Shown one piece after another: positions 13,395 to 25,931 of a stretch of 64,000 bases of DNA. The notes under the pieces are model-generated. The model worked only from the letters and a program-made list of their open reading frames with translations, made no database searches and was not told the DNA's origin. The position numbers and the translations under genes were made by a program. Each line of letters opens with the position of its first letter. The first letter of the stretch is position 1. The DNA comes from the human T2T-CHM13v2.0 reference genome, Homo sapiens. Where the stretch lies: NCBI RefSeq assembly GCF_009914755.1, contig NC_060938.1. The stretch is one strand, 5' to 3'.

Positions 13395-13960
13395 AATCAA
13401 TGATAAAATGCGTATGTCCTTCATTTAGGAGCCATTCACTTTGTCTATTGTATCCGCATGCAATGTTCTGTGCTCACCATGTATACTTAGATGCACATGT
13501 GCAATCAATTCACCTTCCTACAGGACAGGAGAACAAAAATGATTTTATGTCATATGAACAACCACTTGATAATTTATAGACAAAACTACCTTTGTAATCC
13601 TAGCCTCTCCGAGAACTCTCGGGGATTTTAAACAGCTGCCTCTGTCTCTAACTTTGTGAAGGTGTGGACAGCTATATTTGTCCTCTTAAGAAGTAAAGAA
13701 AATCATCATTTTTTTTTTCAAAAGTGTTTACAGCACAGATGCTTCTAATAAAGAGGTTTATGTTTACAGTTGGCCTGATGGCAGGCTAATATTTGGTTTG
13801 TTAAGGAAACAGAAAGATGGCTCAAGCCCTGAGCATGGGAAGTAATGATGGGAGGCATCTTTTCTGAGAAAGTATAGTTAGATTCAAATCCTACCTTTTT
13901 TCTAATTAATTGGGGAAACATTTCTTTAGTTTTCGTGATTCCTCTTTTGTTCCTATACAT

Positions 13961-14300
13961 GCTATTCTCTATACAGCAGCTTGAGTGATCCTTGAAAAAT
14001 GGACATCAGACCATGCCATTCACCTGCTCACTGGCCTCCAATGTCTCCCCATCACTCTATGACTAATATCATTATTACTGGCCTTTGATCCTGCTCTGGT
14101 CTGGTTTTTGCCTTTCTCTCAACCATGTCCACTACCACTTTTACCCCTCCTAACTTCAGTGTCGACACATGCTGCCCTGCTATTTCTTGAATATGTGAAG
14201 CTTCTTCCAATCTCAATCTTATCTGTCTTCCTTCTTAGAATATAAATAGCGAATTCCCTAGCACCTACTAATATTCAGCCACCATGTATTAAAATGAATG
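13961..14300 (+). mobile_element. L2 fragment
   Basis: TTCTCTATACAGCAGCTTGAGTGATCCTTGAAAAATGGACATCAGACCATGCCATTCACCTGCTCA matches the L2a 3' region. Confidence 0.7.
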
Positions 14301-14486
14301 GTGAAAGAGCAGTATTACAAATGAAAAATATTGAAACCAAAGCTGCTATCCAAATGTTACTATCATTATAATGCTTTAATTAGAAAATTTCATTTAGGAG
14401 CCATTCACTTTGTCTATTGTAGCACAGACATTTTGTTAACCTCCAGCTGAAATAAATATATATTTGAAGAAAGTGTTTTATTTGCC

Positions 14487-14574
14487 TTCTATTATTCTTT
14501 AAGTAGAAAATGAATAGGAGAAGACATAGATTCTATTATTCTTTAAGTAGAACATGAATGAGAGAAGACATAGA
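14487..14574 (+). repeat. 44-bp tandem duplication (2 copies, 3 mismatches)
   Basis: TTCTATTATTCTTTAAGTAGAA[A/C]ATGAAT[AG/GA]GAGAAGACATAGA at 14487-14530 and 14531-14574. Confidence 0.95.
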
Positions 14575-15079
14575 ATGAATCGGTTCCTTTACATATTGTA
14601 TTTTATCCCAGAAAATTAGATAATAATACCTCAAGAGAGATTGGAACTTGTTTACATATGAATCTATATTAACATCAAAGAAACTGCTGAGAACTGGAGG
14701 TTGCTTGCTAATAAATGACAGTCCAGATCATTACTCATGGCCAAATCTTTTCAGTCATGCTTCCAGAAGAATAAACCAGTATTAGGAAACAGGACATTTT
14801 GATTTCATCTTGCAGATGCCATGCACAAAAATCTTAGTTAACATTGATACCAGCCTGGATAGCCATGACAACACAGCTAACCGAATCTATGTGCTTTTTG
14901 ACACTTGTGTGAGCCTTGTTTTGGGATGTGCAGCCTAAGCCTTCCTTCCACTAGGTAAAAATAAACTTTCCTGACTGGCTGGTGTTTATGGGTATCTTCC
15001 TTTGGCTGCTTAGATTCCAACTGATTTCTTCTCCATCTCCTTAACTACTGGCTAGCTTTTATTGGAAAAGTTGCCTTCC

Positions 15080-15493
15080 TCTCCTATATCCTATTTCCTC
15101 TCCTGATTCTGTCTCCACCCTTTTCTAACCTACTCTCTGTCCTGACTGTGTGGACTATACCCCTGGGGTCTTTTATCCTTTGGTTCCCTGTTGGGTTCAG
15201 CTCACTGGAGGAAGAGAAAAGAATAAGAACTTGACCTGTGTTTTCCCACACGCTCCCTGCAGGCCACTGGTTCTGGTGCTTTTCTCTGCCAGAGGCTACA
15301 GTGGTGGCCAGACCATCCCCTTCTTTTATAATTTCCAATAACCCCACGGCCCACTTAACTTCTTCAGCCCTGTGAATAGAAGTAGCCATGTGTGGTGTTA
15401 CAGCCTGTTTCCATCTAATTGACTTATTAAATTATCCTTAAATTACTCAATTCTAGTGTATCTACAGTTTTCTACTAGGATTATGATTACACA
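15080..15493 (+). mobile_element. LTR33-like ERVL LTR
   Basis: CTCCACCCTTTTCTAACCTACTCTCTG...TGGTTCCCTGTTGGGTTCAGC...ATTAAATTATCCTTAAATTACTCAATT...TGATTACACA. Confidence 0.65.
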
Positions 15494-15589
15494 TTTACTC
15501 ATCACCAAGGAAAAAAAGGTAATTTGCATATATCTGCTCCAAAAGGGCATATAAATTTGGAAAAAAGCATGATGGCCTCACAAAGTAAC

Positions 15590-15840
15590 ATAGCAAAAAG
15601 GTTAATAGTGTACCTTCAAATCTTTGTTCGGTCTTTTGTTAGTCATTTAAAATTATGCGTATTGTTTTCCTCTCTAACGTCAGTTTCCTCACCTGTAAAA
15701 TGTGGAAAGTAATAATTTAATTATTCTATCTAGATATCCAGCCTAACATCTAGATAGAATAATTCTATCATGAAATTATTCTGAAATATGACCTATATAA
15801 AATATATAGCAAAATGTCTGGCAAATACTAATTGTATAAT
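15590..15840 (+). mobile_element. MIR carrying an internal fold-back insertion
   Basis: TCAGTTTCCTCACCTGTAAAATGTGGAAAGTAATAAT MIR core. Confidence 0.7.
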
Positions 15841-16001
15841 GGTAAACTACAGCTTTAAATTTTCCTGATCTTACTTTGCATTAGAAGCTCAAAAAGCTAA
15901 AAAGTTACTTCAAAATTTACCAGAAAAATAAATAAAATAAAAGCTGAATTGGAATTTGTGAGCTAGGGGTACAGAGAACTGTATTTTAAAAATGACCCTC
16001 C

Positions 16002-16084
16002 AGCTGGGCATGGTGGCTCACACCTGTATTGCCACTTTGGGAGACCAAGGTGGGAGGATTGCTGGAGTGCAAGAGTTTGATACC
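16002..16084 (+). mobile_element. Alu left-arm/FLAM fragment
   Basis: AGCTGGGCATGGTGGCTCACACCTGTA...CTTTGGGAGACCAAGGTGGGAGGATTGCT. Confidence 0.9.
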
Positions 16085-16089
16085 TAAGT

Positions 16090-16523
16090 GCAATAAGCTA
16101 TTTGATCTTACATTTGTCACCTCTTCATAGCAAGATAATGGCCCCAGTTCCAAGCATGCCAATTACATTTGAATAATAAAAAAGTAGAGTCAAGCAAAGA
16201 TACAGAACTTCTACTATAAGTTACCCTCTCCTTTTATCAGCGTAAGAAAACATTTCAAAAAGTCTCTTTGTTGACTTCCCCTAAAACCTCATTGCCTAAA
16301 ATCAGTCTCATGGCCTTCTCTCATTGCAAGGCAGTCTGGAGAAGAAATTGCCAAGCAATTAGAAATGGGAAGATCATGAGAGGCTTAGAAAATTCTTTAT
16401 TTATCAGTGCATGTTCTGGGGCTACCCACATTAATACCGTGAGCAAATCAAGACTCTGTAGTAGAAAGAAGAAAGGAGATGGAGAGAAATAATATCTAGT
16501 AGGTAATGAATCATGTTTTCCAC
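16090..16523 (-). mobile_element. MLT1K/L-like old MaLR LTR
   Basis: CCTCATTGCCTAAAATCAGTCTCATGGCC...TGCAAGGCAGTCTGGAGAA...CAAATCAAGACTCTGTAGTAGAAAGAAGAAAGG...TTCCACA. Confidence 0.6.
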
Positions 16524-16769
16524 AGTCACGTTATGAAAAATAAATGTGATTTTATATAATGTGCATAGCATGGTACCCTTTAAACAAGAAAATGATTTAA
16601 AAAATCAAGAATCCATACTTTGTAAATGAAATTGGTCATTGAAAAAACACTTCTGAGAAGTAAAGCAATATACATTTTAAAATAAATAAACAATGACAAT
16701 ATCACCAAATGTGTTCCATTTACCAAATGCACTTAGCAAAGAATGAGCACATGGTAAGTATAAAATACA

Positions 16770-16975
16770 AAGCACTGTGCTAGGCCTTTAAGATATTTGA
16801 GCTGATTTATCCTCTCAATGCTACTATGGCATGGGATGCTGTTAACTCCTTTTACAGAGGAGGAAATTGGGAACAGTGAGATTAAGTAACTTGCCCAAAA
16901 TTGTAGAGCCAGTCAGTAATGGAGCTAGGATTCAAACTCAGCCTGATCTCAGAATCTCTGTTCATACTTCTACTG
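16770..16975 (-). mobile_element. MIR
   Basis: GCACTGTGCTAGG...TTTTACAGAGGAGGAAATTG...TTAAGTAACTTGCCCAA...GAGCTAGGATTCAAACTCAG. Confidence 0.8.
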
Positions 16976-17400
16976 ATACGTCGTCAATAGTACTCTGTGT
17001 TGAAATGAACAAGGACGGTAGAAATAGATATGAACAGAAGAGCATAATAATCATAATGGAATTTAGGAAAATGAAAGTTGCTAGACAAGTCTTTCTCACG
17101 TCTACGGCAGTCGTTTCTGGAGATTGTGCCCTGAAGCAAGGTGGTTACCCATTTTGTCACTCTAAGGAACACTAGGTAGTGGGATCTAACTAGTATCACT
17201 ACTCTGTCTCTATATTTATAAGCCCTCAGATTTTTATTTTGTTTTCCCTGGAACTGTATCTCCAGAAAAACATGGTAGCTTATGGTCATTCTGCACGTAG
17301 GCCAGTTATATAACTAATTGAAAAAGCATTTTCATATTTATGGATTAAATTACGTTGTTTTCAGCAAGGTGTCTAAGTTCTCCAGAGACTGGGCTGATAG

Positions 17401-17819
<419 letters not shown>

Positions 17820-20177
17820 TCCACATTTCCTTTGACTCATACAGTTAGAGTAATTTCAAAGTTGTAATTCTGACTTATCGAGTCCTGTTCTTCCAGTTGG
17901 AGTACATGACTGCATTGCCCATGGCATAAGCATCTCTGCATTTTATTACACAATGTGTGGGCTGGGCTGGAAGTCAAGTGCTTTCAAATCATCATGAAGT
18001 ATGTCATTATGAATTTACAAGTCTTGGGTTTTCATACCTTTCCAATAAACTTGCTTTTGCCTGTGTAAATGTTAAAACTTGGAAAGAAAGTGCATCCTAG
18101 AGCTTATAATTTACTAATGCTCAATCAAATCTGCATATTTGGGACTGAGATCATCTAATCAGATGCTTCCCTAGTGTCATAGTTATATAAATACACATCA
18201 ATTAGAAAACCACAGTCTTTATCCATCTATATCTCAACATCTTCAATATTACTTCCCACTTTTCTGGAGTCTGTGAAATGCATTTTTTGGTTCCCATACT
18301 CATTGCATTGGCAACTTTGGAGGGTGGTTATGTCTAATTGCTTTGCTTAACATTGTTGGCCAAATTTTTAATAAGAAAATCTGGCACATCTTGACAAATC
18401 ATCTCCTTTTATGGTACCAGCTTTCATGGTGCAGCTGGACAACACTTTTCCAGCTGCTGCTTCCCACTGCAGAATTCAGTAGTGAATAAAATGCTTCCTA
18501 AGGGCAGTGTCCTTTAAGCATCCTTTAGTAGGAAAATGCCTTCATCATCATTACTATTAAAGCAAATCTATGTGAAAACTGAGTGAAACTCACAGAAAAC
18601 ACAGCTGGCTCAAGAGTGTCAAGTGTCAATAATTTTTTTATTTTTATTTTTTCTGATTGTGCACATTGTCAGTGATTTGTTTTCTAATTCGACAAGATTT
18701 ACAAAACTCTGTTTCATCATAAACCTATCTGCTTTGAAGTAAGTAGAAGATAGCATTGTCCTCACTATTAAAACCCATTTCTTTCTTCTTTTCTCTATCC
18801 AGGTCAACTTTACCCAGACTGATGAAGTGAATACTATAAACAGAGAGCCAGGAATACATCCCGGAGCTGCTCACTCTCATCTCCATAGTCCTTTTGGGTC
18901 CTTCTCTCTCAAAATTATTTGATTACTGATGAAATCCTCTATAAATGGCAAGTTCCCTCCAATGAGAGTTTCCCTTAAGTGCTGAGCCATCAAGTCAAAT
19001 CCAGTAACAAAATTTTATAAGTGTAGTTTTCTATCAGTTTTCATTTTAATTGATAATAGCAAAATAGACTGCAATTTTTAAAAATTACAAACTATATATA
19101 ATTTTAAAGTTATTCCATTTTTAAGGCCACACCTGTATATTTTAACAGCATTGATTCTGGCATGCCCATTTTGTCATGTTTTGGAGAACCATAGACATGG
19201 CTCCTGCATATGTATACTATAGAAGCTTAAAACATTGAACTGTCTGTGCTGAGAGAACGTTTGGACAGCTACTCTCTTCCCATTTTAATTATCAATTTAT
19301 TCAATTATATACCAATTAATATTATTTTTAAGATATATTGTAAAACATATGGATATTTGTTTTAAAATGTATTGGTGAACAGAGGAGGGCACTGATGAAC
19401 AGAGGAGGTTATTGTAGAGGTAGAATCATCACTTAACCTCTGGCTTAAATAAAAAACTATCATTTGGTTTTTCCAAAGACTTTAACTAACTTGAAAAAAG
19501 AACCAATTACAGAAGTCCTGAAATCCCTTACAGTTTTTCTTGTGTTTTACAAAAACATCTGTAAACCCAATAATTGTTCTAAGAAAATAGAAGGTTCATA
19601 TATAGATTTTGTAGTCAGATAATCAAAATTCTAATCCAAAGAAGTGTTTCTAATGCTCTCCAGGTGGCCTTTGACAGGATACATGACCCTAAAAATTGCA
19701 AATATTTTGATATTTCAGTGAGATAAAGTGTGTCGTGGTTCATTTTATGTGTCAACTTGACTGAGTTGAGAGATGCCCGGATAGATGTTACAGGGTCATG
19801 TTTGCTGTGTCTATGAGGATGTTTCCAGGAGAGATTAGCATTTGAATCAGTAGACTGAGTAAAGAAGTTTCACCCTCACCAGTACAGGCCTGCATCATCC
19901 AACCTGCTGCAGGCTTGAATAGAAAAAAAAGGCAGAAGAAGGGTGAATTATTATCTCTTCTAAAAAGGCGACATCCATCTTCTTCCCCACTCAGCTATCA
20001 GAACCCCAGGTTCTCTGACCTCTGCACACAGACTGAATTACACCACTGCCTTTCCTGGTACTCCAGCTTGCAAACAGCAGATTGTAGGATTTCTTAGCTT
20101 CCATAATGACATAAGCTGATTTCCGTAAGTTTCCGCGTAAGTTCCCTCTAATGTCTCTATCTATCCTTCTATATATG

Positions 20178-20627
20178 CAGTCATCTCTTGGAATTTGTAG
20201 TTTGCTTCCAGGAATATCCCATGGATAACAAAATCCAAGGATGCTCAAGCCCCTTATATAAAATGGTGTTGCATTTTCATATAACCTATGCACAACCTTC
20301 TCTGTACTTTAAATCACCTCTAGATTTTTTTTTTTTTTTTTTTTTTTTTTTCAGAGACCCAGTCTCTCCCTGTTGCCCAGGCTGCTCTCAAACTCCTGGG
20401 CTCAGGCAGTCCTTCTGCCTGGACTCCCTAAGTACTGGGATTATAAGCGTGACGTACCACACCCATCCAGATTAATTATTCAATTGAATACCATGCCTAC
20501 ATGTTATTTCTTTTGTGTGATATTTAGCACATGACAAATTCAAGTTTTGCCTTTTGGAAATTTGTAGAATTTTTTTTTTTGAATTTTTTTAGAGCCTGTT
20601 AGTTGAATCTATGGATGTGAAACCTGT
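20178..20627. mobile_element. MER2(B)-like TcMar-Tigger DNA transposon, split by FLAM
   Basis: CAAAATCCAAGGATGCTCAAGCCCCTTATATAAAATGG; CAAATTCAAGTTTTGCCTTTTGGAA; GTTGAATCTATGGATGTGAAACC. Confidence 0.8.
20326..20468 (-). mobile_element. FLAM/Alu monomer
   Basis: Poly-T + TGTTGCCCAGGCTGCTCTCAAACTCCTGGGCTCA...CTGGGATTATAAGCGTGA; short TSD AGATT. Confidence 0.9.
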
Positions 20628-20657
20628 GTGTGTGTGTGTGTGTGTGTTTGTGTGTGT
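20625..20657 (+). repeat. (TG)n microsatellite, one interruption
   Basis: Directly visible. Confidence 0.95.
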
Positions 20658-22151
20658 ATCCTATTATTTCTGTTTCTCTGGAAAACCCTGATGGACACAA
20701 AGTGCATAAAGTAGCTACCATAGTTACTGACAAAAAGTAGGTACTTAGAATGAGTATTTTCTCTGTCTTCCTTCTAAATTAGAACCAAAATAAGCAGAGC
20801 TAACTCTAACCAATGTTATCTGGAAGTTGCTAAGTACATCAGTTATCAAAGATATGAATGAAAATTTACAAGCATCATCATCCATGAAAAATGGACACTC
20901 TCTCCATTTGCTCTGAGTCATTGTAACAGAGACAAAGCCCTCTAAATCTCAACGTCTCAGGCAGCAGGTCCCTTGGTATCCTGGATCATAGGGAAATGTA
21001 GAAATAGTCATCTAAATTACCAAAACGTGAACATATCCTAAAACTGCTGGATTAGTTTTGCAGCTCAATGAAATTTCACCTTTTTGACTCACAGCTACTT
21101 AGAAAAGTTTTTCATTGCTGTTTGTATTATTTTGGTGGGAGATGGTGTTTGTTATTTTTGTTTATTTGTTCTCAGGTAAAAAGAAAAACTGAGTTAAATA
21201 ATATTATAAATTCAGGACTAGAGGAGTGATATGACGTATGTCTGCATCTGTAGTTTCTTGGTGGTCCCAATCTTGGAAAAAATCATTTCTGTAAATAAAA
21301 ATAATCTGAAACAGATTATAGGGAAGTACATCAGAAAAATAAATACAGAGTGTCTGGTATGATTTGAGGATGTTCATTAGCGGAGCTGTACTGAAAATAT
21401 GGTGGGAGAATTGTTTGTTTTTATGTAATTTTACACAGTTGTGTTTTTGTCTAGTTTGATCAATGCTAGTCTTGTATCCTATGTCTCAGTTTCTTTGCCT
21501 ATCAAGTGAGTCATTGACCATATGGCTTCAGCTCCTAGTTTGGCTGCTGAGGAGTAGGAAAAAAAATAGTCTTGATAAACATGCAGACCATTTAGAACAT
21601 AAGGTTGACATAGCTGATCCCTCCAGCACAGTTTCAAGAGAACTGGAACTTTGAATCTATTTTATTGAAAACCAAATGTACGCTTTCCTCACTATGTGCC
21701 TAGTTCATCTGCAGGGCCCTTCAGTGCCAAATTAAAATTGCTTACTATTTTGTTTGCATTGCTTATATAAGTGTTGCAATGATTTGTTGTGTTGGGAGAA
21801 GACATCTGTGTATCCAGGGGATCTATGCCTTTCTGTCTTTACTCTACCCAATAATTTTACTGGGCCTTAAACACTTTTCTCAATATCTTTGTAGTTATTG
21901 TTCTGGTAATTTTGCAAGGCATATTGTATATATTGCATTACTTCTTCCTTCTTTGGGATTTCTGACTGGCTTCATAACAATATCATCCTATTTCAAGGAT
22001 TACATTTTAGATCTAAATGTTAGAAAGGCATTAAAATTCTTGCTTTTTAAAGAGGTGGTAAAATATTACATTGGTATTATGGAAACTACTATCTTCCTTC
22101 ATGAGGTTTCTACTCACATTTTTGCTGCTGTTTGTAGTTTAGTACATTTAA

Positions 22152-22488
<337 letters not shown>

Positions 22489-22759
22489 TATTATAATTAT
22501 TTTAAAATTAGTGATTTTTAGTTGATTAAAATGATAAACATTGACCAAATTAGAGGGTGATTCTGCTTCTGGAAAACTAATTGTTGAATTGGCAGAGCAG
22601 AAAATTAAAAAAAAAAAAAATGTTTTCTACTAACTCTTTCACTGAGTTTTTCTTAACCTTGAAATAACCAAAGAGGACTAGTCACATTTTAAAGACAAAA
22701 GAGGCAATAGCTCTCTGAATCCAAATATTTTCATTTCTTCTACCAGATCATATTTCATA

Positions 22760-23575
22760 TGTTGAACATTTTTGAGTGTAGTTGATTTTTTTCTTTGCCT
22801 ATAGTAAACTTCTGTATGAAAAATAATGTTTTATTATCTTTGTATAGTAAACTGTATCAAATTTTGTAGTTGTTGCTTTGAGTCACAATTAGGAAATACC
22901 TCACTCCTATGTTACAAAAGAGTATAGCATGCTTTCTTTGACTATTTATTTGAGGTTTTTGTTCATTTGTTTTTATTGTCAGATATCTGATACATTGGAA
23001 TTTATCCTGACACGTTATTTGAAATTTGAACCTAGTTTTATCATTTTTCAAGTTAATATTTGGACACCACTTAATATGGTTTGGTTGTGTCCCCACCCAA
23101 ATATGATTTGAAAACGTAGTTCCCATAATCCCCACATGTCATGGGAGGGACCCGTGGGAGGTAATTAAGTCATGGGAGTGGTTACCCCCATGCTGCTGTT
23201 CTTGTGATAGTGAGTGAGTTCTCAGGAGATCTGATGGTTTTATAAGGGCTTTTCCCCTTTGCTCAACACTTCTCCTTCCCGCTATCATGTGAAGAAGGAC
23301 GTGTTTGCTTCCCCTTCCACCATGATTCTAAGTTTCCTGTGGCCTCCCCAGGCTGAACTGTGAGTCAATTAAACATCTTTCTCTTATAAATTAACCAGTC
23401 TTGGGCAGTTCTTTAGAGCAGCATGAAAATGGACTAATACACCATTTATATACTAAAAAATTAGCCCAATACTACCCTTTGGTTTGAGATTCTAATTTTA
23501 AAATATCTTAAATTGACATATACACTTGGATCCATATCTGGACTCTTTGTTATGTACCATTGGTCTGTTCATGAT
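22760..23575 (-). mobile_element. Old L1M ORF2-end fragment, interrupted by a THE1 LTR
   Basis: TTGGAATTTATCCTG...CACCATTTAT...TTGGATCCATATCTGGACTCTTTGTTATGTACCATTGGTCTG resembles antisense L1 ORF2 C-terminal sequence. Confidence 0.6.
23072..23441 (+). mobile_element. THE1C-like solo LTR
   Basis: TAATATGGTTTGGTTGTGTCCCCACCCAAAT...ATGTGAAGAAGGACGTGTTTGCTTCCCCTTC...GGACTAATACA; 5-bp TSD CCACT/CCATT. Confidence 0.93.
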
Positions 23576-23596
23576 CCAGTAAAATCACTTAGTGAA

Positions 23597-23900
23597 TCGG
23601 ATGTGATGACTCATTCTTGTAATCCCAGCACTTTGGGATGCCAAGTCCAGCAGATCACTTGATGTCAGGAGTTCAAGACCAGCTTGGCCTACATGGTGAA
23701 ACCTCGTCTTTTCTAAAATTACAAAAATTAGCTGGATGTGGTGGCACATGCCTGTAATCCCCGCTGCTTAGCTACTTAGGAGGTTAAGGCAGGAGAATCA
23801 CTTGAATCTGGGAGGCACAGACTGCAGTGAGCCAGCATCACACCACTGCACTACAGCCTGGATGACAGAGCAAGAGTCCATTTCAGAAAAAAAAAAAAAA
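23597..23900 (+). mobile_element. Alu (Sx/J-like), full length
   Basis: Sense Alu dimer with poly-A; TSD ACTTAGTGAA at 23587-23596 and 23901-23910. Confidence 0.96.
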
Positions 23901-24487
23901 ACTTAGTGAAGCAAGCAGTTGCTCTAAGTCCCACTGTTACCATCATGAAACATTTAGCCAATACAGGTATATAAATTAATCATCAATTAAATCTTTGACG
24001 AATGCCAGAATTATAAAAAAAAGTAGTATTCTAAATCCTTTAAATTACAAAGGTACTTATATAAGTCACAAAGCAGAAATATGAAAATTAATGCTTCCAG
24101 AATATCCTAACACATTGAAATTTATTAAAATAAATGCTGAATCCAGTTTGTTTGGTCCTATCCAATTATCTCCCCAAATTTCACAATTAAGGAAATATAC
24201 ATAATCTGTCTACATTCTTTTGTATGCCTATGTACTCAACAATGCCTATAGTATGTTTTTTAGAAATAATTTAACATATTTTTAAATTTCTATAATTCAT
24301 ATATTTAAACTGCATTGAATGTACACAATGAATTTTGTGAGATGGTTTTTAAAATAACAAATCTGATTTTTGTGTACATAGCTTCTGGAATTCATCACAT
24401 TTCCCATTTCTTATTTGTTGATTTAATGTTACCATTATCCCCTTCAACATTCTTCCACTTTTAATTTTATTTGGTTAAAAAAAAATA

Positions 24488-24561
24488 CAGCCATAGGAGA
24501 TAGCACCTACCAAAAACCACCTATCAGCTGTAGGAGATAGCACCTACCAAACACCACTCAT
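24488..24561 (+). repeat. 37-bp tandem duplication (2 copies, 5 mismatches)
   Basis: CAGCCATAGGAGATAGCACCTACCAAAAACCACCTAT / CAGCTGTAGGAGATAGCACCTACCAAACACCACTCAT. Confidence 0.93.
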
Positions 24562-24571
24562 CAAACTTGGT

Positions 24572-24830
24572 TATATGTGATAATATATGTGTATACATAT
24601 ATATTATATACACATATATAATCACATATAATCACACGACATATCACACATATCACATAACACAATATACACATATATAATCACATAGAACTACATACAT
24701 GATATATTTAATATATATAATTTATATAATACATTTGCATATACTATGTATATAAAGTATATATGTATATATATTTGTGTACACATATTTATATATAAAA
24801 ATATATATGTGATACATAAAATATATAGTA
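24572..24830. repeat. (TA)n/(CATA)n degenerate low-complexity tract
   Basis: Directly visible. Confidence 0.9.
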
Positions 24831-24979
24831 CCTAGTGTTTTCCAATATACTAGTGCTGCACATAGGTAGATATGAGTCACCATTCCAGCTCTTATCTCTA
24901 GGTTTGTTCTGCCTTCCCTTGTTTGACTCAATTGTAGGTGATAGGAGTCAGTGATTTTAGGTTACTTCCCTGGTCTACC

Positions 24980-24982
<3 letters not shown>

Positions 24983-25019
<37 letters not shown>

Positions 25020-25027
25020 TATACACA
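24983..25027 (+). repeat. (CA)n microsatellite
   Basis: Directly visible. Confidence 0.97.
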
Positions 25028-25931
25028 CCCCTTACCCTTTGTACCAGACACTGAACTATTTAAAATAAAACCTATCATACACTGGGAATACTAACTTTAA
25101 GAGAAGAAGCCTGCTGTCGCCACTCTATACCTTCTGAGATACAATGTTGTGTATATTTCTTCTCACTCCTCTCTATCTACACTTTAACCAGGATTTATGT
25201 CCTGTGAGCCAGAGGGCAGAACTGGCAGGCTGATCTACTTAATTTCAATGGCCCTGTACATTATTAGGTTTATGATCCCCTTAATTTTAAACTTTGAATG
25301 TCTTTAGGTAGGGCATAGTCTTTCCATTCCTTGTCTTATGTCAGTCTTCTTCACATATTTATTTAACTACTCTGACCTTAATGTCATCTGCATTTTTTAA
25401 ACTTCTGCTGAAGCTTGTTTCCTCCTGTCCATATTTTGTAGTTTTAATCTATTTACATTTAAGTGTGTGGTCAAGTAGGATGACGATCTTCATCCACCAA
25501 ATATACCTACAAACATACATACAGTGTGCTTTTTTTTTTTGAAGCTGTATTCTATCCCAGCAATCCTCGCTTTAATGCAGAACCATGACTTCAGGCACAA
25601 CTGACACCCAGATCTTCCTAAAAGCCTCATCACTGTGGCCCATTCCATTATGTGGACCAGTCCCCCCAGTCTCATCTTCAGCACCTGTCTAAGTCTTTGA
25701 GATCTGAACACCACTTTGCACACTGTTGGTCACTGGTACTGTTTCGATGGGAACGATAATCTCTTCTGTTCTAATTGCTAAACCTTAATCATTTTAGTTT
25801 AGTTGTGACACTCAGACAAGCCACCTCCAGAGTGCATTGCTTTTAGGCCAATGTGTAATGAACAGATAATTGGGTTTAAAGTGAGAAAAATGAAAATTAA
25901 AAAAGTTTCTCTTATCATTTTCATAAATTGC

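Larger units (their letters stand above)
19731..20699 (+). mobile_element. MLT2 (B/D-like) LTR, split by MER2 and FLAM insertions
   Basis: TGTCGTGGTTCATTTTATGTGTCAACTTGACT start; GAGATTAGCATTTGAATCAGTAGACTGAGTAAAGAAG; end TATCCTATTATTTCTGTTTCTCTGGAAAACCCTGA at ~20657-20699. Confidence 0.85.

Noticed and set aside
18775-18830. Strong isolated splice acceptors (18802; also 12716, 35038, 39907) and other YAG|GT sites (11035, 21175, 57785)
   Set aside because: No convincing paired donor; such tracts are frequent by chance in T-rich DNA.
23158-23175. DUX4 motif position in THE1 LTRs
   Set aside because: The TAAYYYAATCA-type site is degenerate in all three THE1 LTRs here.
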